DNA of 64,000 nucleotides from Chara braunii. Taxonomy: Eukaryota; Plantae; Charophyceae. Where the stretch lies: assembly GCA_003427395.1 (NCBI GenBank), contig BFEA01000020.1:3542439-3606438 (forward strand), written 5' to 3'. Both the position numbers and the translations under genes were made by a program. The notes beneath the pieces were generated by a model, which was not told the DNA's origin, did no database searches, and worked only from the letters and a program-made list of their open reading frames with translations. Shown here in pieces: positions 14,010 through 25,208 of the stretch (position 1 is the first letter of the stretch; each line of letters starts with the position of its first letter).

Positions 14010-15827
14010 GGTATGAGCCCTACTGAGGGATGGGTCGACCGAGATAGAGGTGTCTTTGGGATTTTTTGAAATGAGAATAGTTGGACCGTATGACTCGTTT
14101 TTTTTGGTGTACTCTAATCGGTAGTATGGAGGCGTAACCAATTTGTATCGACGCGATGGACGCTTTAATTTTATTTAGTGCGGAGTAAATGGGTGTGTTG
14201 AACTTTTTTGAAATAGGAGCGGAAGTGGGAAGGGCGGGAAGGTAGCGGGCCCATGTGTGTGTTGAACTTTTTTGAAATAGGAACGAAAGTGGGAAGAGCG
14301 GGAAGATAGTGGGCCCATGTGTGTTCGGATGTACTCTAATCGGTAGGATAAAATGGTAAGTAGTTTTTTTTGGAGTGTTGGGTGCGGCTTCAAGGTAATT
14401 ATGCTTGAATTTATGGATTTGCGTGCGCCTGGTTGGGCAGTGTATTTTGTGGTTTTAGGGGTTTTTTTTTTTTTTTTTTTTTTAAATTTATGTTTCTTCT
14501 CTCTCTTTTTTTTTCTCTTCTCTCCTTTTTTGATCCTTTGTACTTTAATGTCCGAATACGGGTTTGAGGGATGCGTATGAGGAAAAAATCCAAAGGACAA
14601 TCCACTGGAAGACTCTCTCTAAGTATACATCTGTGTAAGGGCAATCCTAAATTAGTCTTGCTCAGGGAGAAGGCAGAGTCAAGAAGACGACTCTGCAATC
14701 CAAGGGATAAGTATGGCAAAGTACAACGGCGATTCAACAGTAACGGGCTGTGCGCACAGACAACAGAGGCCTGCAACTGTATGGCGACTATAAGGACGGG
14801 TAAATGAGGTAGAGGATAGTGATCTGTAGTCAAGAAAGAAAGAACTAATGAGAGGGAGTGGAAGGATGGGGGCAAAGACGGAACGAGGAAAGGAATCGAC
14901 AACGTGAGCAATGGTACAGGAGCACAGAAAAGGAGAGGGGGATTCAGCAAATGACGGAGTGTACACGCATGCGCGGGAAGCCTGTAGAAGGGTGGCGAAT
15001 GTGAGATCGGTTAAGGCAAAGGGTAATGATCCGTAATCAGGGAGAAAAAAACAATGAGAAAAAGCGGGAAGGATGAAGGCAATGATGGGGTCGGGAGAAG
15101 GCTTGGCAACATGAGTAGCACAGTGAAGCCGGGAGTAGATATTGGAGAATAGGGACTATGGTGACTGACCCGCGTGGAAAGGTGATCGACGAATAGGGAG
15201 AGAGAAGCTGGGCGACAAGAGGATGAGCGAAAGAAGCGGGAGTATGCAAGGCGGCAAGGACGACAAGGCAGAGATAGACTGCAGGTACGGATGATCGGGA
15301 AGAGCGTAGTGACGGGAGGAGGGGCGATGATCAGAAATGGAAATATATATTTTTTAGGAGGAACGACCATAAAGATGGAGCGGAGGGACAGACATGTATG
15401 GTGGGTAGAGGTAGATAGGTATGCTCTAATTAGAATAAACTATAAATAGAATCGATGGGTACAGAGCACGCATGAGACATAGAGACATGCAGCTTCCGAA
15501 TAGATCAACGAGGGGGAAGTACCGTGACAGGTGGGAGGATGGTTTTCAATGAGTATATAAGAACAACTGATCCTCGCACTTGCATATGACTCGACTTGTC
15601 CTGGTAAGAAGAGACCCCCTAATGAGACTGCTGTGATACGCCAGCAGTGAAACGCGTTGGGGCAACGTGTATTGGTGCAAGATGTACAATGGTGAAGGGA
15701 GAGTTTGAGCAAGTTTTGAGCATCGATCTATTTGTACACTTCGTCTTCTCCAGATTCATTATCTCTCTCTCTCTCTCTCGTTTTTTTTTTTTTTTTTTTT
15801 TTTTTTTTCTCTCTCTCTCTCTCTCTT

Positions 15828-15859
<32 letters not shown>

Positions 15860-15865
15860 CATGTT

Positions 15866-15903
15866 CTGTCTCTTATACACATCTAGATGTGTATAAGAGA
15901 CAG
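15866..15903. other. Nextera mate-pair junction adapter (assembly artefact)
   Basis: Exact CTGTCTCTTATACACATCT + AGATGTGTATAAGAGACAG, two head-to-head 19 bp Tn5 mosaic ends. Confidence 0.99.
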
Positions 15904-16139
15904 CACACACACACACCGAATGAATCTTCTGCTACAACATGGAAATATAGGGTAGTGTATATTTTCATGTTGTATCGAAAGATTCATTAGATTTTGGTCA
16001 TTCTATCGATGAAAGTAGANNNNNNNNNNNNNNNNNNNNNTTTTTTTTTTTTTTTTTTTTTTTTTCTCTCTCTCTCTCTCTCTTTCTCTTACACACACAC
16101 ACACACACATGCACACATACACACACCCACATTCTAGTG

Positions 16140-17044
16140 TCTATTGGTGGGGAGCGACACCTACTTGAAACTGGGCCCAGCGTCCCATGAACATCGTTAA
16201 TAGAGCATCAACCGGAACCCCCCCACCACACTCTTCGAGTTGTGTACAGCGCACATAGTAAAACATACGCACACCATAATCACTATCTCACCCTTCCCCA
16301 ACCGCATCAACAATCATTCATAACGAACTTTGTCTTTACACACTCCACAAAAGTACACCACACCCACACTCTACAACCACCAATGCACCACAACTACTTT
16401 GTCAAATATAATCAATACATCAATTACATATAGAACAACACTAATCATCGACACCTATGTTAACACAAATAACAACCTTACTCAATCACTCTACTAAAGC
16501 TATGTGGACAACAAGATTCAAGATTCACCAACTCAAAACCAAGTACAAATAAAGGTATGTCAAATATTCATATAACCTTAAAAGAAACAAGTACCTCTTT
16601 GGTCTTCCTCCCTCCCCCCCCCTTAACGTGTGTAGCGGAAGATTCATTCGATTTTGAGCATTCTATCGATGCAAGTAGCGTGAGGCCAACCTTGGGGTTG
16701 GAGATGCAGGCGCTGTTGGCTAATAAATTGCTTATCCTATCGATGGTTGTCTCTTTCTCTTTCTCTCTCTTCACCAAACAAACTACGGGCTGCACACTCG
16801 TACCCTCACGGTAAGTTCATAAGACTTGTCGGAGTGAGGTAATGAGGACGGAGGGGGGTCTGAGTCTATTCCTGAATTTTTGCCTATTTTCGGTAGCTTG
16901 TTTGTATCTCTTAATCTAGCTCTTAACCAAAGCCGGCTAGTGACCCCGATATTGTAAATTCTCATTTTTTTTCAAAATCCTATGTAATTTTCTATATGGG
17001 ACGCTGGGCCCGGTTCCCAGCACATGTTGCTCCCCACGAATAGA
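16140..17044. mobile_element. ~900 bp segment bounded by 49 bp imperfect inverted repeats (non-autonomous element candidate)
   Basis: 16140-16188 TCTATTGGTGGGGAGCGACAC...CTGGGCCCAGCGTCCCAT is the reverse complement of 16996-17044 ATGGGACGCTGGGCCC...GCTCCCCACGAATAGA; no clear TSD. Confidence 0.6.
16314..16622 (+). repeat. Diverged copy of Helitron 3' region 12947-13245
   Basis: Shared CATTCATAACGAACTTTGTC...TCAAGATTCACCAACTCAAAACCAAGTACAAAT...AAGTACCTCTTTGGTCTTCCT. Confidence 0.92.
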
Positions 17045-17067
17045 TTGGATCTTTGTTGCTATTTAAA

Positions 17068-17265
17068 CCACTAGTACCTTTGCCGCGTGGGAAAATAGCG
17101 GGCCTCGGTTGGTCCTCCGACTTTTTCGGAGGCCGAAACGAAGTGACGACCGCCGATCAGATTTATCAATGGCAGTCGTTGCCGGGCCTGACCTTCGAAT
17201 CTTTAGGAGTTTGGGAAAACTGTCACTTTTGCCTATTTTCCCAACACTGGCGGAGGTACTAGTGG
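17068..17265. mobile_element. piggyBac-like MITE, ~198 bp
   Basis: TIRs CCACTAGTACCT...GGGAAAATAG and CTATTTTCCC...AGGTACTAGTGG; TTAA on the right and TTAAA on the left; CC...GG termini. Confidence 0.72.
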
Positions 17266-17623
17266 TTAAAAAAAAAAACCTTCCCCTTAAGTGGCCAGTT
17301 TTTGTTATGCTCATCCTTGTGTTCGACGGTGATGAATGTGGGTGAGGGGAGGTGATATGAGAGGATGTAGTTGTCGCTCCTCTGACATCCGTCCCTTCTC
17401 TTCGACTGCCCGATTTTGGTTATGCTCAACTTTGTCTTCGACGGTCATGGATGTGGCGGTCATGCATCTGGCATTCAGGATATTGCAGGTGCAATCCCTA
17501 TTGTCTTCATGTACCTTTCTGATCATTCTTGGCGCCCGCCACCTAGATATAGACCACTGGTCCACTGGATTCCCCAATCGGCACTGAGCAGAGTCTGCTG
17601 ATGTTCGTAGGGAAGGGGACTCG

Positions 17624-17737
17624 AGGGGAGGCACAGGGATTGGTTCTGTTGGCATCAGGGCCTTAGGGGAAGCACATGGATTGGTTCTGTTGGCATCAGG
17701 GCCTGAGGGGAGGCACAATGATTGGTTATGTTGGCAT
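17624..17737 (+). repeat. Minisatellite, ~40 bp x3
   Basis: GGGGAGGCACA..GATTGGTT.TGTTGGCAT repeated three times. Confidence 0.85.
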
Positions 17738-19255
17738 GTTCCCTGATGCTACCGGCTATCACCTGGCTGGTGTCGCCCACCTGCAGGTAGTGAGCAGCCC
17801 CCACATGTTCTCTCGTGAACGCGTCTCTGGCTACCAGAGGGTTCCCCGTATGGCTGCAGTTAGGAGTAGTGGTAGGTAGGTAGTGATAGCTGAAATTGAG
17901 AGAAGAATGTAACTAAAAAAAGAAATGAAATGAAATGATAAATTTATGAAAAATCAGGCCTTTGCTAATTGTCTCTCGAATATGGATGAGGGGAGATGTC
18001 ATGAGAGGATGTGGCTGTGGGGGGAGAGGGGAGCTACAGACCCCCCACCCCCACGCCCCGCACCCCTCCACCCTCTCCACTGCCTTGTGCTCATTATGCT
18101 CATCTTTATGTTTGATGGTCATGAATGTGGATGAGGGAAGATGGCATGAGAGGAAGTGGTTATGGCGGGGAAGGGGGGCTACCCCCCATCCCCCAAAACT
18201 GTCCGGTCTGCTTTTGTTCATCTTAGTGTTTGGAATCTCGTCCATTCAACAACCTTGTTTTCTTTGGCCTTTCTTTACTCAAAACGTACAACACTCATCC
18301 GACTGAGCTCGGAACATAATTGCGGTCACATACACGACTGCGAGAATGGCCTGTTGCGGATGCATAAAACCACAATCACAAAGAGAGAATGAAAGCGAAA
18401 AAAACTTAATGCAAGGGGATTCGTTAGGTCCCCCCTCCCATCTCGCAGGCTATATCTTCAACATTTAGGAATGTCACAAAGGGGAGATAAAGTGAGAGGT
18501 TGCGGTTGCCGTTGCAACAACAGAGGGGTTACGCCATCCACCCTACCGCCCTCCGTGGCTTCAGGTATTCATCTAGTTCCACCTAGATGTGAACTCAACA
18601 TTGTGTTTCAATAGTCCATCGGTGTACCAACTAGGCTAGGCCTGTTGGTAGTAACCTGATCAATCCCAAGTAGATTTAGAGTTTATTTAATCAACTGATT
18701 CCATGTGGATTCCAACTATTGTTTGTATTCAAATGATTCATGGGTCTACCAACTCACCTACGCCGGTTGATAGACATTGTTCTATGCAGGTCCTTGCAGG
18801 GAATTGTCTTTTTGTTTAGGAACTTGTTAGGGAGTGGGGATAGAGGAACAAAGATGTCTCATTTTGTTGGTCATCCTACAACCATGCCGCTTTGGATCAA
18901 CTGGCCATATGCTGGAACGAAGGACAACGTTTTTTTTTTTTTTTTTTTTGTCTGAGACTAGTTGGTTGTTAGGGGTTAGGAATCCTCAAACAACAGTCTG
19001 TCATTTTCCCTTTGTTATCAATAAGAACGGGCAACATCATTTAAATGACCAGACCTGGAGTTGGGTGGGCTGGTCCGTTCAATGACGCGTGCATGTGTAT
19101 GTGTTGTCATGTTCGCTATGCACAACTCTACAAAAAAGAAGCATGACTATGGCAGACTACTTCGTCGGAGTTCCAAGAACTCTTTAGGAAATTCTCCAGA
19201 GAGAACGATATTGTTCTAGTTAACATGCCTTTGTGATTCTCTCTTTTCTCCACAA

Positions 19256-19265
19256 GCTCTCTCTC

Positions 19266-19343
<78 letters not shown>

Positions 19344-19489
19344 GCACAAAGTCTCTCTCTCTCTCTCACTGTCTCCGTGTCACTTTGCCTGGTTGTTTTT
19401 CTAGCTTCTCCTCTCTCTGCCTTCCAAGTCTTATCTTTGATTGCTGCATTTCGAGTGTTTTCCTGTCACACACTTATCATTGCGTTAAA

Positions 19490-19577
<88 letters not shown>

Positions 19578-19578
19578 N

Positions 19579-19652
<74 letters not shown>
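19256..19652. repeat. Compound (CT)n/(CA)n/(CT)n microsatellites
   Basis: Direct reading; similar tracts at 29415-29464, 29588-29721, 49060-49135, 50064-50115 and 61904-61972. Confidence 0.98.
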
Positions 19653-19654
<2 letters not shown>

Positions 19655-21429
19655 GGGCGCGCGCGCGCGTTCCTTAAGTTTGCTCCCCCTCCCCCCCCTA
19701 CGTCCCTTTCTCCCTCCCTCTCTCTTTCCCTCTTTCCCCCTTTCCCCCTTTCCCTCTGATTTGGTTGTCTCACGTTCTTTTTCCCATTGATTTCTATTCC
19801 CTGTTTCGTGTTCCGCCACCACAGAGAGAGATTTGACAGGGGATGTGCATGCGTGTGTGTAAAGGAGATATGACAAAACAAGGAGGTGGTAGGGAGAGGA
19901 GATGAAGTGCCTACGAAATCGAGCTCCCTCTACGTCTGTTAATAGTCATTTGTTAATGAACTTTTTCTATTCTTCCACCTGTTTGCTTCAAGGGGTGTCT
20001 AAGGCCGAGGTCCCCCAGGAAATGGCGATGAGAAAGAGGAGCAATATGACAAAAAATCTTTCTTCTTTTGAAAGTGAACATGAAAAGGAACAAAAAAACA
20101 TATGACAGCGAAGGACGAATTACAAATGTGGGAAAGGTTTGCCCTCCTTCCTCCGTTAGGTTCGTTTCTTCATCAGGTTTATGTACGTATGTGTGTGTAT
20201 GAGTGTTGTCATGTTCGCTATACACCACTCAACAAATACAACATGATTGTGCCAAGCGAAAAGCTTGTGTACGAATGTGATACATGTGGATGGTACTGCG
20301 AAATACGCGAATGCTTCGTTTCCAATGCCTCAACATTTGTAGTCACGAAGACACGTTCATAAAAATATCGAAGTTGCAATGTAGATGGACAAAGAAAAGG
20401 GTTAAGTACACACATAAAAGTACATGGACGGAGAAAGGGGTTAAGTACAAACAAAAAAGGCACACCTCTATTGTGCGGGTCTGAGACCCTGTGACTACAA
20501 ACGGCCATAAACGAATCATGACATGAAAAAAGGAATTTGCCATTGTCCTTGTTGGTGAATCATGACTATGGGGATTTAGTCGAAACAGAAACGAACGCTG
20601 AAGCTCGTGTGGGCATTGGGTTGTCCACCCCCGCCCCCCCGAAGTAAGGCAGGAGGCTGAACGAAAAAGTAGATCGGGTAGGGGGTGTTGTATTCGTTGT
20701 TTCCACGAAAAAATAAAAATGCCCATATGTGAGGCATCAAAGGACTGCTAGATTTTCAGGAGTGGGAGGATCCAATACGTCACCCAAGGTCGCGCCAGCT
20801 TACTCAACGACGCCAGTGGGCTGCAAAAAAAAAAAAAAATCTAATTTTTATTTTTATTTTAAATTTGGTGAAAAAGTTTGACGTAACCCTGAGGCAAAAG
20901 TTGTTCAGTAAGCCAAGAGCCTAACTCAGTGGGTACACCATAGAACTGTTGAAATACAGACCCGTGTTTGAACCTAGATGATGAAACTTGATGAGTAAAA
21001 CCAAACATTTATGAATTGTCTGGGACTGGTGTCGGGACCTATGGGTCCTCGATCAAATCTCCGTCCCCAAGAGATGATATACGGCTAAATTGTGCACGAC
21101 AGAGAAATCATGAGGCAAGAGAAATAAAAAGGATGAATGACTAAGGCAAGATTGTCGACACCTAGGGCCCTAGAGGATGCCATTGGTCGTCCGAACCATT
21201 GGACAAAAAAAAATTAATAGAATGACAAGTGGCAAAGGGAAGCGAGAGACTAGTGAAGGCGGCCCTCCTTCTCAAAAGAAGGTGGACCGCCGATAAAATA
21301 ATACCTTGGGTTGAGCGCCACAAGATGAAAAAGGTCAACGACATCAAGAAAATAGTGTCGGGACACCGACACATGAGGACCACAAGAAAAAAGAAAGTAA
21401 AAAAATATAAAGGGGGAGGCGAAACAACA

Positions 21430-23162
21430 ATCTGAAATATCTCGGATCAGTCACCTTGAAGAAAATGAAGCTTAGAGAGGCTCCATGTGAAAAAGAGGTC
21501 TCCGTGAGAAAATCGGAGTAGGAGGGTCAATTTTGCGGAAAAAACAAGGGCAAAACGGGGCTCCCATGAGCATGGGGGAACCACAATTGCAGTTCGAGAA
21601 ATAACCGACCGCATCTTGGGCATAGAAAGGGCCAAAACCAAGAGTTAGGGCCTAGAAAAGGCCTCAACAACTAGTTGACACTCGGGATGTCGAAAAAAGA
21701 AAGAAAAAGAAAAAAAATGAGAGGAAAAGAAAGGAGAATGAACAAAAGAGCTTAGAGGGAGTGAGTGAGTTGGCTGTCAGTAGGGACTGACACAAGTAGG
21801 GACTGACAAAAGTAGGGACTGACACAAGTAGGGACTGACATAATTAGGGACTGACACAAGTAGGGACTGGCAGGTTCCTACTGTTCAGAATTGGAGGGAA
21901 AAGAAAAGAGAAAAGAAAAGAAAAAGAAATAGAGCACTAACGGTAAAAAACGACCACTTAGGAGATACATCTGTGACCAGATGCATACTGGGATATATCG
22001 GTTATGTAGTACCTTGATTTTCTTTATATTTTTATGAGTAAATCTAAAAAATTCAAGGTCTCATGCAACCGAGATACAACGGATTGCATGAGGGAAGGAA
22101 AATACATGTTTTGGATACATCCGGAGTTAACATTGAGCCCGGATGCACTTGGAAATTGACCGCTTCATTTTGTTTCAGTTTGGGGCAAGTTATGGGGCTG
22201 TGAGATCAGGAAAATGCCCACTACTGCAGTCCAGGAAATAACAAACTGCATGGGGGTGCCTAGGCCAAAGGAAAAGGAGCCTTGGCACGCCCAAGACACT
22301 AAAAAAAAGTGTCTTGGGCTTGGGGCAAGTGGAGACGGTAAATGACAGTTGCGAGAGAAGGACCTCGCGACCGAAAATAATCAAGGCACTTGAGGCATAT
22401 GGAAAAAAAAGATTGGGACTGTCGGGGACTAGAAAGTCCCAAATAAAAATGGGACGTCACCGAGAACGACATCGGGGACTAGACGAGTCCTAATAAAAAT
22501 AGTTAAAAATTGGGACATGCGCCGACGGGACCATCCGCGGGACTAGAAAATCGAACTAGTACGAGGTGAGTGGCGGGGACTTGAGTGTCTCAAGAGGAAT
22601 TGCAGGCTAGCATGAACGATGAACGTGTGAAAAGAAGTGGCACCATCAAGATCAAGATCTTGACAGTGAAAAATATTAGTAATTGTTGATGCAAGGATTG
22701 ATCGAGCCAAGGGAGAGGGGGTTAGGAAAAAAAAAAACAAAGGAAAATGTTGATGGGAGGATTGCCAAGCAGTCCGAGATATCTCGGACCAACAACGCTT
22801 GAGAAAATAGAGCCCCAAGGGGCTAAATGCAAAAAATAAGTTGCCAAGTAAAATTGAAGCAAAGGGGGTCCAAAACTGAAACTAACCGAGACAAAATGGA
22901 GCCCCCATGGGTGAGGGGGTTTTATTATTGCAATCCGAGATATAATGGTCAATTGTTGGGTTTAGATCTGACCCTACACCAAGATCTATGGCCTAGAAAA
23001 AAAGTTCACATCTGCTTGACACTTGTCACAACATAAATAAAAGAAAGAAAAAAAAAGGGAGAAAATAGAGGGAGAATGAGATAAAAGGGGGAGAAAAGAG
23101 TGGAGGAGGATGTGCCAGGCAGTTGGGACTGATACAGTAGGGATTGATAGGTCCCTACTGTA
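21430..23162 (+). repeat. Diverged ~400-450 bp direct duplication (21430-21885 and 22770-23162)
   Basis: Shared ATATCTCGGA...CCCATG...GGCCTAGAAAA...TTGACACT...GGGACTGA...CCTACTGT in the same order. Confidence 0.65.
21779..21872 (+). repeat. 16 bp minisatellite (AGTAGGGACTGACACA) x6
   Basis: Six near-identical units; only two units in the paralogous block at ~23120. Confidence 0.92.
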
Positions 23163-24574
23163 ACCTCATCCCTCCACATTTTGTGGAGGGCAATCCAAAT
23201 TGCACAGATACGGCCCTTGGGGCATTATCTCAGCAATGTCTGAATTAAAAAAACGAAAATGAACAAAAAAGCAAAAAGGAGTTGACCGTTTTTTTAATGG
23301 ACCATGAATCTGAGATCAGATCTCATGGAGGAGAGGATATGGCCGTTTTTTGTGGGGCCAACTCAAACAGTCAACTCCAGAATGAGTTGGCAGCCCAAAA
23401 CGAAAAGAAACAAAAAAAAGAAAAAAACGAAAAATTGAAAAAGTGAGTCTTGGGGCTCAAATTTGAAGCAAGGACTACTTGGGGGTTGATCGAAATATTG
23501 TTAGCCTCGGATCTCAGCCAGATCCAAGACAGAGATAGCACCGAGGCACAAGAAAATACCTCGGCCTACTCAAAATGGGGTAGAATCAGAAAACAATTGA
23601 GAAAAAGGCCCACAAGACTTTTTTCTTTTAAGTGAGGCTGCCCCTTGGATATTTGGATCCAAAGGGGCAGCTTCTGAAAATGAAATGGAGGCATGAGGAA
23701 GCTTTAAAGGTAGGCCGAGCTAGTACCAACCACTCGGACTGCATGAACCCCGCCAAAAGAAGACCCAGGTGCCCATGGAGAGGCCCAGTGGTGGGGAAAA
23801 ACCTTTGGGGTACCGCAGTTCACCTTGAGGCACATGGAGAGGCCCATGGGCTGGCTGAAGTGTTGGTTTCAACCTACATAAGCTGGGGGAGCAGCCCACC
23901 ACACTCACATTTGCATGAGGCAAACTTATACTGCCCAAATGAGTTCATGACAACACTCCACTCACTTGGAGTGAGAGGAGGAAAAACGTTGTTAGTCTAG
24001 AGGCTTAGAGGAGTCTGTAGGTTAGTGAGAGTGACAACTGACGCTGGTGGAGGTGGTGCTGGCCCAAGGGAGTAATCTGCCATAGCCTGGGAGGGGTTGG
24101 GGAAGGAAGGAAAAGAAGGCTTAAGGAAGAAGGAAGCCATAGTTGAGCAACACATGTGCAAGAAGAGAGGGAGTTTCACCAAGGTTGAGCTCTCCATCTC
24201 AAAACACTAGAAGAGGTGAGTGATATATTTTTTCTCCTTCCTCTCCTTCTTCTTCTTCTTCCCCTTTTTCTTTTTCTTCTTCTTCTTCTTCGTCTTCTTC
24301 TTCCGCCCCCTCTCCTTCTTCTTCCTCTTTCCTCTTCCCCCCTTCCCCTCCTTACTCACCTTCTTCTTCTCATACTTCTCCTTCTTCTTCTTTTTCTTCC
24401 TCTTCTTCCCAATCCTTCTTTTTCTTTTTCTCTTTCCTCTCCTCCTAATTGGTCTCCATTATTTATCATCTCCCTCACCCTCTCTCTTCCTTTTCTCCTC
24501 TTTCCATAACTAACATCCTAAGCATAGGAAGGTAGAAAAGTAGCTTCCCCACTAGAGTTCGCCTCCATGTAGGC

Positions 24575-25208
24575 CATTTTCCCACTCCAAAATAAATCGT
24601 CTCTTTGCTCTTTCAGTTTCCATGCATGATAGTGAGTTGTACTCACTCTTTCTTCACTTGTTGATGAGATTTCCACTTGGGTGCAAATCGCAGCTTGTCT
24701 CTTGCTGTTTTTGTTGTTGATGTTACCATTAGTCCATGATTAGTCTATTTTCTCACTCCAAAGTACAACGCCACTTTGCTCTTTCAGTTTCCATGCATAA
24801 ACTCACTCTCTCTTCACTTTTTGATGAAATTTTCACTTGGGTGCAAATCGCAACTTTGTTTCCTGTTGCTTTTGTCGTTGATGTCACAATTAGTCAATGG
24901 TTAGTCTATTTTCCCACTCCAAAGTAAATCGTCACTTTGCTCTTTCAGTTTTCATGCGTGAGCTCTTCACTTTTTGATGAGATTTCCACTTGGGCGCAAA
25001 TCGCAACTTTGTCTCTTGTTGTTTTTGTTATTGATGTCACCATTCGTCCATGATTAGTCTATTTTCCCACTCCAAAGTAAATCGTCACTTTGCCCTTTCA
25101 GTTTCTATGCATGAACTCACTCTCTCTGCACTTTTTGATGAGATTTTCACTTGGGTGCAAATCATAACCTTATCTCTTGTTGTGTTTGTTGTTGATGTCA
25201 CCATTAGT
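24575..25208. repeat. ~160 bp tandem repeat x4
   Basis: ATTTTCCCACTCCAAA...TTTGCTCTTTCAGTTT...CACTTGGGTGCAAATC...TTGATGTCAC at ~24576, ~24747, ~24908 and ~25060. Confidence 0.93.

Noticed and set aside
14411-15712. Minus-strand Cys- and Leu-rich ORFs as a gene
   Set aside because: No recognisable motif or consistent exon structure
15866-15903. Tn5/IS50 transposon ends suggesting horizontal transfer
   Set aside because: Exact synthetic mosaic-end junction adapter; a library artefact
19128-19881. Long ORFs with HT, SL or RE dipeptide runs (also at 1055, 29298, 47995, 48873 and 61864)
   Set aside because: Stop-free microsatellite, CT-rich or N-gap read-through
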